Positions 48,123 through 57,278 of a stretch of DNA of 64,000 nt are shown here, piece after piece. Position numbers and translations under genes: made by a program. The notes below the pieces were generated by a model. That model saw nothing but the letters and a program-made list of their open reading frames with translations, ran no database searches and was not told the DNA's origin. Numbering within the stretch: position 1 is the first letter of the stretch; every line of letters starts with the position of its first letter. The DNA comes from Oligoflexia bacterium (GTDB taxonomy: Bacteria; Bdellovibrionota; UBA1018): assembly GCA_903881565.1 (NCBI GenBank), contig CAIRTR010000126.1:15385-79384 (forward strand), written 5' to 3'.

Positions 48123-48299
48123 AACTCTTGAGCGCGCTCCTTCGTGACGCGTATTGTTATCACATTGCGACGCGCATGGCCATGAGCTTTTCGCAATAAT
48201 CAGAGAATGTTTTTTCCATAGGACCAGGTGAATTCGCTATTGACGCGGCGCGTATAATATGAGAAATACTGACCTGCGAATTTAACCGGAGAACTCGAG

Positions 48300-49649
48300 A
48301 TGCCCCCCCAGAACAGCGCCCGCAGAATTTTGACTGCTGCAGCATTAAGTCTTGGATTTTCCACGTCTTTATTCGCCGAAAGCGCTGCCGTGCTGCCTGA
48401 GGGGCGCTCCCGGATGACCTTCGTCTATGCGCAAGCCACCGGAATTACACAGACTTTCGATAATGACGGCAACATCCAAGGCCTAACCAAAGACTATAAT
48501 TTTGAGCTCAGTTCCTCGAAACTTAAGGACTTTGACTCTCGCCTCTCCAAGCTCGTTAACTTCTTAAATGCGACGGGTAAACGCTACGATACAAAGGTGC
48601 GTGAAAACGGCTTTTTCGGTATCACCCAGGATCCCACAGCCCCCCTGCTTGGGGATGCGCTCTCCTTGGGATATCTTAACGTCGGCGTCGAAGCCCAACG
48701 CCAAGAAGGAGTAGTCTCTCTTCAACATGGCGTGACCGATCAACTTACCGTTGCCATCATCGTCCCCACCCTTCGAACAAAAGTACACGTCACCCACTCG
48801 ATCACGGGAAACAACACGGCCAACGACATTTACAACGGATTTGTTTCAAACAACGCAGGCGTCTTACCTGATCTGCGAGACGCCCTGAATCTGGTCCGCA
48901 ACTTATCGGATGAAACTTTTCAATCCGTGCTTACCGATAAAGGATACGCGCGCGTTGAAGACTGGCAAGGCACAGGGTTAGGAGATATTCAGCTCCTCTC
49001 ACGCTACAATTGGCTAAAACTAGGAGCGGACAAAGATGTCCCGACCCAACCCGCAACATTCTTAGCGTCGTTTCAGGCCACCACGACCGCGCCTACGGGC
49101 AAGACCAAAGACCCTTCTGTTCTTACCCAAACCGATTTTGGGCAAGGATCTTGGGACACGGGCATCGCCCATATCATTAATGTGACCCCGTGGAACTGGA
49201 TCACGCTCTCGCAAGGAGTTCATTACACCCAACCCCTCTTTGGTCACAGGCTCCTTCGGGTCCGGGCAACTCCAGACGCCTTCATCCCTGATGCAGCCGA
49301 CGAAGAAGACGTCATTCAAAAATTAGGGACAAAAGAATCGCTCACTCTCGGCGGAGAACTTCATCTGACTTCATCACTAAGTTTAAGCTCAGATTACGAA
49401 TGGGCTTGGAAGCAACAAGATCGCTATACAGGCTCCAAAACAGATCGAGACTACACGTATCTCTCCGAAAAAACCGATACCTACACTGAAACGTTTGTCG
49501 TCGGGGTTTCGTTTTCAACCATCCCTGCGTTCTTAAAAAATGATTTCCCGCTGCCGCTTCAAATGGGCATCACAATCAATCTCCCTCACGTCGGTCGCAA
49601 TACGACGCTTGCGCCTTATGGGATGGCTGAATTGTCGATGGTGTTCTAG
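48300..49649 (+). CDS. putative outer-membrane beta-barrel protein
   Basis: 449 aa. Signal peptide, alternating amphipathic strands, and a C-terminal aromatic residue (…LSMVF), as seen in OMPs. Confidence 0.45.
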   Translation: MPPQNSARRILTAAALSLGFSTSLFAESAAVLPEGRSRMTFVYAQATGITQTFDNDGNIQGLTKDYNFELSSSKLKDFDSRLSKLVNFLNATGKRYDTKVRENGFFGITQDPTAPLLGDALSLGYLNVGVEAQRQEGVVSLQHGVTDQLTVAIIVPTLRTKVHVTHSITGNNTANDIYNGFVSNNAGVLPDLRDALNLVRNLSDETFQSVLTDKGYARVEDWQGTGLGDIQLLSRYNWLKLGADKDVPTQPATFLASFQATTTAPTGKTKDPSVLTQTDFGQGSWDTGIAHIINVTPWNWITLSQGVHYTQPLFGHRLLRVRATPDAFIPDAADEEDVIQKLGTKESLTLGGELHLTSSLSLSSDYEWAWKQQDRYTGSKTDRDYTYLSEKTDTYTETFVVGVSFSTIPAFLKNDFPLPLQMGITINLPHVGRNTTLAPYGMAELSMVF

Positions 49650-50266
49650 GTAAACCGCTGCCAAACAGCAGCCACGATCCACACAAAACCGATCAAGGCC
49701 GCAAAAGCCGCATAAGCCTCGTAAGCTTTGTTTTTCATCGTGATCGAATACGAGTACGCGCGATGCGTTCGATCGGGATTTACGAGGTCTAACTCTGTGG
49801 CCTTCGGTGGCAACACACGAGGGACAAACCGAGGCACCAACTTGCAATAATGCACATACGGCTCGCCAAAAATCCGCTGCAACTTCTCTTCTTCATCCAA
49901 AATAATATAATGATAAATGACGGCAAAGAGCGCAGAGCTCACCCCGAATAGCACATAATTCTCAATGGCAAGGGCCGTCCCGATGGCCATGAGAAACGTT
50001 CCCAGATAAAGAGGGTTCCGCACGAACGCATAGGGCCCGCCCACGGCAGGGCGCGAATCCTTGCGTAAGTATCCGCTCGCCCAAAAACGAATCGTGGCTC
50101 CGATGAAACAAACGCCGATCCCGGGCCATGAAGGAAAATGCCGAGCCGACAAGACGAGCGCAATCCCAAAAATCCAAGCCAACAGAATCCGGGTTTTCCC
50201 CCGAATGGCGGATCTAAAGTGGGCGTTCCAACTTTGTTTTTGACCAAGATTACCTTGTACGTCCAT
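49646..50266 (-). CDS. isoprenylcysteine carboxyl methyltransferase / phospholipid methyltransferase family membrane protein
   Basis: 206 aa, multi-TM. RNPLYLG motif and a C-terminal EE…L region typical of the ICMT/PEMT family. Confidence 0.55.
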   Translation of the reverse strand: MDVQGNLGQKQSWNAHFRSAIRGKTRILLAWIFGIALVLSARHFPSWPGIGVCFIGATIRFWASGYLRKDSRPAVGGPYAFVRNPLYLGTFLMAIGTALAIENYVLFGVSSALFAVIYHYIILDEEEKLQRIFGEPYVHYCKLVPRFVPRVLPPKATELDLVNPDRTHRAYSYSITMKNKAYEAYAAFAALIGFVWIVAAVWQRFT

Positions 50267-50300
50267 GTTTTACCTTTACGATTTACCTTTATATCTATCG

Positions 50301-50777
50301 TTATGATTTATCTGGCGACGTCGCAATTGCGAACTTATCGGCCCCCGCTTTTCGCGCATGATCCATGACTTCGATAGCCGCTCCCAGGAAAGCCTGCTTA
50401 TCGCCCTCCAAGATCACAAGGCGAGATTTCATTTTCTTAAACGTCTCGCGCAAAACGCTCTCAAATGCAACATAATCTCCAGAAGAAACGGACGTGTTAT
50501 TCACTCGAAGCGCCCCACCGGGAAGTAAAGTCACGACCAAGCCCTCGGGCTGAGCTTGCGCGGTCGCATTGCTGGCCGCTGGCAAATTCACATCGACGCC
50601 CAGCTGGGACATCACGGAACTGGTCACCATAAAAATAATCAAAAGGACCAAGAAAATATCAGTCAAAGGCGTGATATTAATTTCGGCGAAAATAGCACCC
50701 TCGCCGCCCGAATCGTCCGAAGAAGTGGGCTTAATTGCCATTTCCGGAGCTTTCCGAGCTTTCAATAAGTTCCACAA
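50301..50777 (-). CDS. exbD: biopolymer transport protein ExbD/TolR
   Basis: 158 aa with a single N-terminal TM helix (EINITPLTDIFLVLLIIFMV). Confidence 0.75.
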   Translation of the reverse strand: MWNLLKARKAPEMAIKPTSSDDSGGEGAIFAEINITPLTDIFLVLLIIFMVTSSVMSQLGVDVNLPAASNATAQAQPEGLVVTLLPGGALRVNNTSVSSGDYVAFESVLRETFKKMKSRLVILEGDKQAFLGAAIEVMDHARKAGADKFAIATSPDKS

Positions 50778-51417
50778 GCTCTTCGGCCTGCAGCTTGATA
50801 ATCAGCACGAACCGACTCAATCGCGTCTGGAAAGCGTTGTACGACATGACGGCGATCACCGCGACGATAATTCCTGCAGCAGTCGCAATGAGGGATTCTG
50901 AGATCCCCGAAGCCACCACGGCAAACCCGCCCGATCCCGTCTTTGCCATTTCTTGAAAAGAGCGCAAAATCCCAATAACCGTTCCAAAAAGTCCGATAAA
51001 CGGCGAGGCACTTCCGATTGTTCCCAAGACCCAAAGGCTCCCCTTCAACTCTTGGTTAACCAACTGCCGTCTGCGCTCCATCGCTTCTTGCCAGCGCTGC
51101 CTGAGTCTTTGGTCTTTTGAATTTAGGCGTTCAAGGGCGATACTCACCAATGACGCCGTGGGGAGGCTCTTGTTTTCCCGACATAAACGCTCCAAAGCTT
51201 CGCGATCGTTTCTCAAAAGAAGGTTCATCGCATTCAAATGAAACGCGTGTAAAGTGTGACCCAATCTTCGATAGTTCCAGAGTCGCTCAAAAATAACGCC
51301 CCAGGAAAGCAGCGAACACAAAAGCAGCGGGTACATGGCAAAACCGCCACTCCGAATCATATCCCAGATACTTTGCGATGCGAGACTCGACATAGTGCTT
51401 GCCAGGCTATCGAGCAC
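50731..51417 (-). CDS. exbB: MotA/TolQ/ExbB proton-channel protein
   Basis: 228 aa with three TM helices. The conserved C-terminal region is GLFGTVIGI. Confidence 0.75.
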   Translation of the reverse strand: MLDSLASTMSSLASQSIWDMIRSGGFAMYPLLLCSLLSWGVIFERLWNYRRLGHTLHAFHLNAMNLLLRNDREALERLCRENKSLPTASLVSIALERLNSKDQRLRQRWQEAMERRRQLVNQELKGSLWVLGTIGSASPFIGLFGTVIGILRSFQEMAKTGSGGFAVVASGISESLIATAAGIIVAVIAVMSYNAFQTRLSRFVLIIKLQAEELVELIESSESSGNGN

Positions 51418-51454
51418 TCCTTAGTATGTCAACCGAGGAGTAGGGCAACCCCGC

Positions 51455-52468
51455 ATGTCAAAACGAACTCGACTCATGGCTTCTTTCGTCATTTTTCCAA
51501 TGCTCGCTACGCTTTGCGGATGCCTGGAAAACACGCCATTTTCCTCCAGTACATCCTCCAATATCTCTGGCAATATCTCTGGCAAAAAACCCGGCAGTTC
51601 TTTTTTTAAATTTGACTACAAAACGGTAACGCGAATAAGCATCGCACGAAACGATCCCACCACGGGAGAGCCTTTTTCGGCGCAGGTCGAACGAAGCAAG
51701 TCTGGAGCCGACACTTATTCCTGGCAAATCGTTTCCCAAGAATTAACGGATCGCCTGGCCTACTCCAATTTTGTTGAGCACCTCCTGGACACCTTAAGCA
51801 CCCTTCAAATCCAAGACGAGGCGCCCAACGGGCCGCTCGAATCTTACGGTCTAACCCCCCCCCACTTTGCGATTCGATTCAGCACCGAAAGCCCTGAAAA
51901 AGTGGGTTCGCAGACCGAATTCGAAATTCACCTGGGGTCCGGCGACGAAACGCTGTTTGCCTATGACCCCCGTGAGCCTAAAGCCATTTTTCGGGTCCAT
52001 GGGGCGCTGATCGGGATGCTAAATCATTTACGTAACTTTGAAACCCTTCGAAGAAAAACCCTGCTGACTTTTGAATCAGACGACATTGACGAAATCGAAT
52101 TTTGGAAGGGGTCAAAAAAGACGCTGCACATTGAGCGACACGGAGAGACGTGGAAATCAATGGCGTCGGCAGGCTCCGAGAAAACCTCCCCGGTGTTTAA
52201 AAAAGACATTCAGGCCTACCTTGAGCGAATCACGCACCTCCAGATCCAGAAGTTTCCCGATGATCCTACCTGGGAAAAAGCTGCGATGGAAACTCTGAAA
52301 AACTCACCCCAGTTCAGGATTGTCTTCAAGGATCGCAAAAACATGCCTACCGAGCTTAGAGCGAGCTTTCAGCCTCACTCAAAAATCTTGACCGCCTCTT
52401 TGAGTTCCCGGGCAGGTTCCGTGTTTGTAATTCCGCAAGAGGTCACTAAAGACCTTAATGGCCCTTGA
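51455..52468 (+). CDS. hypothetical lipoprotein
   Basis: 337 aa. Signal peptide with a lipobox-like LATLCGC. Contains a duplicated SGNISGNISG. No confident family. Confidence 0.4.
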   Translation: MSKRTRLMASFVIFPMLATLCGCLENTPFSSSTSSNISGNISGKKPGSSFFKFDYKTVTRISIARNDPTTGEPFSAQVERSKSGADTYSWQIVSQELTDRLAYSNFVEHLLDTLSTLQIQDEAPNGPLESYGLTPPHFAIRFSTESPEKVGSQTEFEIHLGSGDETLFAYDPREPKAIFRVHGALIGMLNHLRNFETLRRKTLLTFESDDIDEIEFWKGSKKTLHIERHGETWKSMASAGSEKTSPVFKKDIQAYLERITHLQIQKFPDDPTWEKAAMETLKNSPQFRIVFKDRKNMPTELRASFQPHSKILTASLSSRAGSVFVIPQEVTKDLNGP

Positions 52469-52503
52469 AACCGCCAGGCCCTGAGTGTTACTCTAAGTTC
52501 AGG

Positions 52504-53274
52504 ATGCTACCCATTTACGTAAAAGGATCTCTCGAGTTCACATTTGAAGGGCATTTTCATACCTACGATAAGCAAAATCTGTCTGCCTACGGCGTCAGCG
52601 GTCTGCAATGGGGAGAGTTAGATCCAGAGCGTCATTTTTCAAAAAAACTCAAGGTCACCGTTAAACTAGACACTCCTGAGCCCTTTACCTTCACGGCCGA
52701 GGCTCAGATCATTCGAGAAGCCACTCAAGTTTCGGAACACATGGGACTAAAATTCAGTTTGGCCCCCGAACAAGCAAAAAGAGTGAACGCCTTGATTGCG
52801 AAATATGGGTTTTTCCCTACCGAATATATTCGCAAATACCCAAGAATCCCCTCCCTTTCCGTGATTCAAACTTTTCCGCTACGCGTCCAGGCGACCACAC
52901 TGGTGACTGCCACGAAAGCCAATCCTAAAGTTAAACCCGTTGATCATATATTTGATGTCGGAAACCTGAGCCCGAACGGCATTCTTTTGTCCACGGAAAG
53001 CCTACCCGCACAAACTCTGATGCCCGGACAACGCCTTCTGCTACGAATGGAACCTCGCGGCTGGTTTCCCGTCGGAATCGAAATGGAAGGCGTCATCTGC
53101 CGCGTGGTCGACGACATCAACACCCGCAATGGAAATATCATTCGCTACATCGGGATCAAATTCACCAAAGTGGATGAAATAAATAAAACGATTTTCCTGG
53201 ATCTCCTCAAAGACATCCTCGAGCGCCTCAAAACACTTTCGCCTGAGACCAAAAATGAGCGCAGGAGAGTCTAG
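52504..53274 (+). CDS. PilZ-domain protein, possibly a tandem PilZ of the YcgR type
   Basis: The ORF-track ORF begins at a TTG at 52465; the first ATG is at 52504. The C-terminal half has a DVGNLSPNGILLST PilZ-like motif. An upstream RxxxR equivalent is weak. Confidence 0.45.
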   Translation: MLPIYVKGSLEFTFEGHFHTYDKQNLSAYGVSGLQWGELDPERHFSKKLKVTVKLDTPEPFTFTAEAQIIREATQVSEHMGLKFSLAPEQAKRVNALIAKYGFFPTEYIRKYPRIPSLSVIQTFPLRVQATTLVTATKANPKVKPVDHIFDVGNLSPNGILLSTESLPAQTLMPGQRLLLRMEPRGWFPVGIEMEGVICRVVDDINTRNGNIIRYIGIKFTKVDEINKTIFLDLLKDILERLKTLSPETKNERRRV

Positions 53275-53956
53275 CGTGATTAAAGCCATCTTTTTTGACC
53301 TGGATGGAACGATTATCGACACCGAACCCGCTGCAGGCAGAGCTATTGAAAAATGCTTTGAAAAAGCCGGAATCAAACTCAAAGCGGGCGACGCAGACTT
53401 CATCACCGGGCGAACCTGGGAGTCCGCGTTTGAGTATTTATTTTCAGTTTACGCCGTCCCCTTTCCTCATGAAAGACTTAAAGAGAACGTGCTGCGCACC
53501 TATCGCCAGGAACTTCAGCGCGAACTCCCCCAGGTCGCCGGGAGTGCTGAGGCCGTAAAAAGTCTGGCCGCAAAATTTCCCTTAGCCCTTGTCAGTGGCT
53601 CTACCCGCTCTGATATTCTGTGGGCGCTGGATCATTTGAAAATCAGGCACTGCTTCAAGACCGTCGTCGGAGCCGAAGACTATCCAAACAGCAAACCCTC
53701 ACCCGACCCCTATCTCACCGCGATGAAAGAACTCGGAATAAATCCAGGACAAGGACTCGCCTTTGAAGACTCCCTTGCCGGGATCACCTCCGCTAACGCA
53801 GCGGGACTATATGTCGTGGCGATTTCATCAACGAATCACCTGGGTCAGGATACGACGCAAGCTCAAGCCAAGATCAAGGACTTGCAGGGGATTACTCCTA
53901 AATGGATTGAGGAATTTTCTTCCGGAAATCTCAAACCCATGCCATCCTACGGCTAA
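53255..53956 (+). CDS. HAD-superfamily hydrolase (beta-phosphoglucomutase / phosphatase subfamily IA)
   Basis: 233 aa. Motif I FFDLDGTIIDT. Motifs II and III are consistent with HAD-IA. Confidence 0.75.
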   Translation: MSAGESSVIKAIFFDLDGTIIDTEPAAGRAIEKCFEKAGIKLKAGDADFITGRTWESAFEYLFSVYAVPFPHERLKENVLRTYRQELQRELPQVAGSAEAVKSLAAKFPLALVSGSTRSDILWALDHLKIRHCFKTVVGAEDYPNSKPSPDPYLTAMKELGINPGQGLAFEDSLAGITSANAAGLYVVAISSTNHLGQDTTQAQAKIKDLQGITPKWIEEFSSGNLKPMPSYG

Positions 53957-53985
53957 ACCTGTAGGCTAATAAAGGAGATCCTATC

Positions 53986-54465
53986 GTGAAATCGTTTCGA
54001 AATATTTTCGTTCTTATTGCATCAATGTTAACTCTCGTTTCATGCTTTGAAAAAGACAAGGCACCTGAAACCGCTGCCGCACCAGCTGCTACGGCAGAAG
54101 CTCAAAAAGGAGCGCCCGTGACCCAAGCTCAAACCGGAAATCCTGAACTCAAAAGTGAAGACCTCAAAGTCGGCACCGGGGCTGAAGCCGTGACGGGTAA
54201 AACCGTCTCCGTTCATTATACGGGCTGGCTCACGGATGGCAAAAAATTTGATTCTTCTTTGGACCGCAAAGAACCTTTCAAATTTCCACTCGGCGCAGGA
54301 CAAGTCATTCAAGGCTGGGACAAAGGCGTCGTCGGTATGAAAGTCGGCGGGAAACGTAAACTGACGATCCCTTCTGAAATGGGCTATGGCGCACAAGGCG
54401 CGGGCGGCGTGATTCCGGCTAACGCTACTTTGGTATTTGAAGTTGAACTTTTGGGGGTAGAATAA
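53986..54465 (+). CDS. FKBP-type peptidyl-prolyl cis-trans isomerase lipoprotein
   Basis: 159 aa. Lipobox LTLVSC. The FKBP domain includes [18 protein letters not shown]…[20 protein letters not shown]…GYG. Confidence 0.8.
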   Translation: MKSFRNIFVLIASMLTLVSCFEKDKAPETAAAPAATAEAQKGAPVTQAQTGNPELKSEDLKVGTGAEAVTGKTVSVHYTGWLTDGKKFDSSLDRKEPFKFPLGAGQVIQGWDKGVVGMKVGGKRKLTIPSEMGYGAQGAGGVIPANATLVFEVELLGVE

Positions 54466-54466
54466 A

Positions 54467-54706
54467 ATGTCCGAAGCAGAAGCACCAAAAAATGAATGTC
54501 TTGTAGTGGCATCAAAAGTGAAGAATTACATTCGCGAAAGCTCGCAGCTCAACACTTCGGCTGCCGTGATGGATATTCTTTCGGCTCAGGTTAAATCCCT
54601 GTGCGATAAAGCCGTCGAAAATGCAAAAAAAGACGGAAGAAAAACGGTGATGGACCGAGATTTTCCCGGCTTTGGAGGCAGTGAAGAACCCGCCGCTTCT
54701 TGCTAA
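54467..54706 (+). CDS. histone-fold DNA-binding protein (archaeal HMf-like / bacterial histone)
   Basis: 79 aa. It aligns by eye to archaeal HMfB: LVVASKVKNYIRE with LPIAPIGRIIKDA, and CDKAVENAKKDGRKTVMDRDF with ASEAIKLARHAGRKTIKAEDI. The alpha3 helix looks truncated, as reported for Bdellovibrio histones. It starts 2 nt after the FKBP stop and is followed by a strong terminator. Confidence 0.65.
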   Translation: MSEAEAPKNECLVVASKVKNYIRESSQLNTSAAVMDILSAQVKSLCDKAVENAKKDGRKTVMDRDFPGFGGSEEPAASC

Positions 54707-54715
54707 ATGAATTGT

Positions 54716-54752
54716 GACCCGTTCCGGGATTCCGGGACGGGTCTTTTTTTTT
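54716..54752 (+). terminator. Rho-independent terminator after the histone-fold gene
   Basis: gacccgttccgg-gat-tccgggacgggtc followed by T9, read directly from the sequence. Confidence 0.75.
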
Positions 54753-54782
54753 GCGGTTTCTTTAAAACTCACCCAAAATCTC

Positions 54783-55826
54783 ATGACCTTTACCTTAATT
54801 CTCTTCATCACCGTCGCCGTTTTGTTTGACTTCATGAACGGCTTCAACGACAGCGCCAATATCGTTTCAACGATGATCTCCTCTCGCGCGCTTTCTCCCC
54901 GGCAAGCCCTCACCATCACGGCCATCGCTGAATTTATCGGGCCCTTTTTATTTGGGGTGGCGGTTGCTAAAACGATTGGTTCCGGTGTCCTTACCTTGCC
55001 CTCTGACGCTGCCACAGCCCTGCCCCTGATTCTCTCCTCCCTCGTGGCAGCCGTGTGCTGGAACATCCTGACGTGGCACTCTGGCATACCGTCAAGTTCC
55101 TCCCATGCGCTCATTGGCGGACTGCTCGGCGCTGCGATCTCGCACAGTACCATTGTTCACCTGGAAAAAGGGATCGTGACGTTGCAGGATTTTTACAGTA
55201 TTTTTGAAGTTGTCAAAATTTCAGGCCTCATCAAAATCGTGACCTCGCTGCTTATTTCTCCGGCTGTGGGATTTATTGCGGGATTTTTACTCCTCAAGCT
55301 TTTTCGTTTTCTAGCGCGAGGCTCTAGCCCCGCGATCAATGTATTTTTCAAAAAAGGCCAAATCATAACTGCCGTCGGTCTTGCGCTCTCTCATGGCACC
55401 AACGACGCGCAAAAGACGATGGGGATCATCACCATGGGACTCTTGGCTACGGGCCAGATCCATGAGTTTCAGGTGCCCATGTGGGTCGTCGCTTTGAGTG
55501 CAAGCGCCATCGCTTTAGGAACCTCCGTGGGTGGCTGGAGACTCATTCGCACTCTTGGCTCCGGATTCTTTAGAATTCGTCCCATCGATGGGTTTTCCAC
55601 CCAAATTGGCTCAGGCTTGGTGATTGTTTGCGCCTCTCTCTTAGGCGGTCCCGTGAGCACCACACAAGTGGTGTCCACCGCCATCATGGGGGTGGGAAGC
55701 GCGGACCGGATGTCGAAAGTCCGCTGGGGCGTGAGCAAGCAAATCATTATTACTTGGATTATTACCATTCCCTGCACTTCGGTTCTTGCAGGGCTACTCT
55801 ATCTTGCAATGAGGAAAACACTATGA
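54783..55826 (+). CDS. inorganic phosphate transporter of the PiT family
   Basis: The family N-terminus MTFTLILFITVAVLFDFMNGFNDSAN (GxNDxAN signature) starts at the ATG at 54783, not the ORF-track start at 54714. A second GTNDAQK repeat is present. Confidence 0.8.
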   Translation: MTFTLILFITVAVLFDFMNGFNDSANIVSTMISSRALSPRQALTITAIAEFIGPFLFGVAVAKTIGSGVLTLPSDAATALPLILSSLVAAVCWNILTWHSGIPSSSSHALIGGLLGAAISHSTIVHLEKGIVTLQDFYSIFEVVKISGLIKIVTSLLISPAVGFIAGFLLLKLFRFLARGSSPAINVFFKKGQIITAVGLALSHGTNDAQKTMGIITMGLLATGQIHEFQVPMWVVALSASAIALGTSVGGWRLIRTLGSGFFRIRPIDGFSTQIGSGLVIVCASLLGGPVSTTQVVSTAIMGVGSADRMSKVRWGVSKQIIITWIITIPCTSVLAGLLYLAMRKTL

Positions 55827-56452
55827 GTTGGTTCAATGATTTTCTAAAACCCCGAAAAGACAATTTTCGCGAATACCTGATTCAACAAGCGCAAATCGGA
55901 GTCGTGGGACTTGAGGGCCTGGTCGCCTATATGAAGAACCCGACCCCCGAAAACGAAGAGCGCGTGAATCGGGCCGAAAAAGATGGCGACGAAGTCAGGC
56001 GTATTCTCATCGATGATTTGTCCCGCACCTTTGTCACCCCCATTGACCGCGAAGATATCTTCAAACTTTCGCGCGCCGTGGATGATTTGCTGGATTATGC
56101 CCACTCCACCGTGGACGAAATGGTCGTTTTAAATGTGAGTCCCACCGAACATCTCGTCAGCATGGCCACCATGCTGCTTGAAGCTTCGCGGGAAATTCTA
56201 TTGGCCCTCCAACGCATTGAGCGTCACCCGGCGGTCGCCAGCGAGCATGCTCGCAAAGCCAAGCGTTTTGAGAACAACGTCGAAAAAACCTATCGCAAAG
56301 CCATTGCGGAGCTCTTTACCGAAACTGAAAACGCACCCGAAATCGTGCGCATGTTAAAGAAGCGTGAAGTCTACCGGCATCTTTCCAATGCGGCGGACAG
56401 AGCGGATGAGGCGGCGAACATTATCGCGGATATCGTGGTTAAAACGACATGA
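55823..56452 (+). CDS. DUF47 / PhoU-like PiT accessory protein (TIGR00153 family)
   Basis: GAGG-N8-ATG at 55823 overlaps the pit stop (ATGA). The ORF-track ORF extends upstream in an overlapping frame. The sequence is helical and PhoU-like, and this family is typically pit-adjacent. Confidence 0.7.
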   Translation: MSWFNDFLKPRKDNFREYLIQQAQIGVVGLEGLVAYMKNPTPENEERVNRAEKDGDEVRRILIDDLSRTFVTPIDREDIFKLSRAVDDLLDYAHSTVDEMVVLNVSPTEHLVSMATMLLEASREILLALQRIERHPAVASEHARKAKRFENNVEKTYRKAIAELFTETENAPEIVRMLKKREVYRHLSNAADRADEAANIIADIVVKTT

Positions 56453-56910
56453 ATCACGCGGTCAATCCAAAGATCGCTGAGTGGATTCGCAGCGAGGCTC
56501 ATAACCTCTTAGCCCCCCCTCCCCTAGCTCTCGCGATTTTCGGCTCTTTCGCTAGAGGTGACCAGGGACCCGATAGTGACCTAGATATATTGCTTGTATG
56601 CGATGAGATCGGACGCAGCCCCTCCCTCCGATCTAAATGGTTTTTCCCCTTAAGCAAGAAGTTGCGTGAGCAAACTCAATTCCCTGAGCTTCCAAAGGCG
56701 ATTTCACCCCTGATTTTAAGTTCTCAAGGATGGCAAGATGCCCTCCATCTGCAACTCTCTCTATGCACAGAGGCTTGTGTTTTGTTGGATTCTGGGTTGC
56801 TCAGTTCGACATTTGCAAGTGCGCAGGAACTCATTCGCAAAGGCGAATGGAAAAGGGTTCCAACACCCGATCACGGCTTCTTTTGGATCCCTAAGGATAA
56901 AATCGCATGA
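56449..56910 (+). CDS. minimal nucleotidyltransferase (MNT) antitoxin of a HEPN/MNT module
   Basis: 153 aa. GSFARGDQGPDSDLDILLV, the Pol-beta-type NTase motif GS-x9-DxD. Overlaps the upstream stop (ATGA). Confidence 0.75.
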   Translation: MNHAVNPKIAEWIRSEAHNLLAPPPLALAIFGSFARGDQGPDSDLDILLVCDEIGRSPSLRSKWFFPLSKKLREQTQFPELPKAISPLILSSQGWQDALHLQLSLCTEACVLLDSGLLSSTFASAQELIRKGEWKRVPTPDHGFFWIPKDKIA

Positions 56911-57278
56911 CGCCTTCACAGAAAACCCGGGCTGATTATTTGCACCGCTCGGCAATCCGGGTTGCGCTTGAAGCCAAGGAAAATGCAGTAAAAAAAGAGT
57001 TCGATCGAGTCATCCGAAAGACGCACGAGGCACTCGAACTTTTGTTTAAGGGGCTTTTAATTGAACAAGGTATAGAACCCGCCAAAACTCATGATCTAAG
57101 TCAACTCTACCAGCGAATTGCCAATCCAAAATTTCAACTTCAGGAAGATGATCTTACCTTCCTGACGGAACAACGCATCCCTGCGTTCTATGGCGCGCCC
57201 GATTTTGTCCCAGACGAAGATTATAGCGATGAAGATTGTAGCCGCTGCTTGTCTTTGCTGGCTGCTGCGGGGCTTTAA
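56907..57278 (+). CDS. HEPN-domain toxin of the HEPN/MNT module
   Basis: 123 aa, all-alpha. R-x5-H (RVIRKTHEA) fits the HEPN Rx4-6H motif. A 4-nt overlap with the MNT gene is the typical TA gene arrangement. Confidence 0.65.
   Translation: MTPSQKTRADYLHRSAIRVALEAKENAVKKEFDRVIRKTHEALELLFKGLLIEQGIEPAKTHDLSQLYQRIANPKFQLQEDDLTFLTEQRIPAFYGAPDFVPDEDYSDEDCSRCLSLLAAAGL

Noticed and set aside
48243-48262. TTGACG … TATAAT upstream of the OMP gene as a sigma70 promoter
   Set aside because: TATAAT is perfect but the spacer to TTGACG is only about 7 nt, so the -35 assignment fails. The -10 alone is not enough to call.
51560-51583. 12-bp tandem duplicate AATATCTCTGGC x2 in the lipoprotein gene
   Set aside because: It is real but trivial, an in-frame duplication encoding SGNISGNISG. 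It is not an independent feature.
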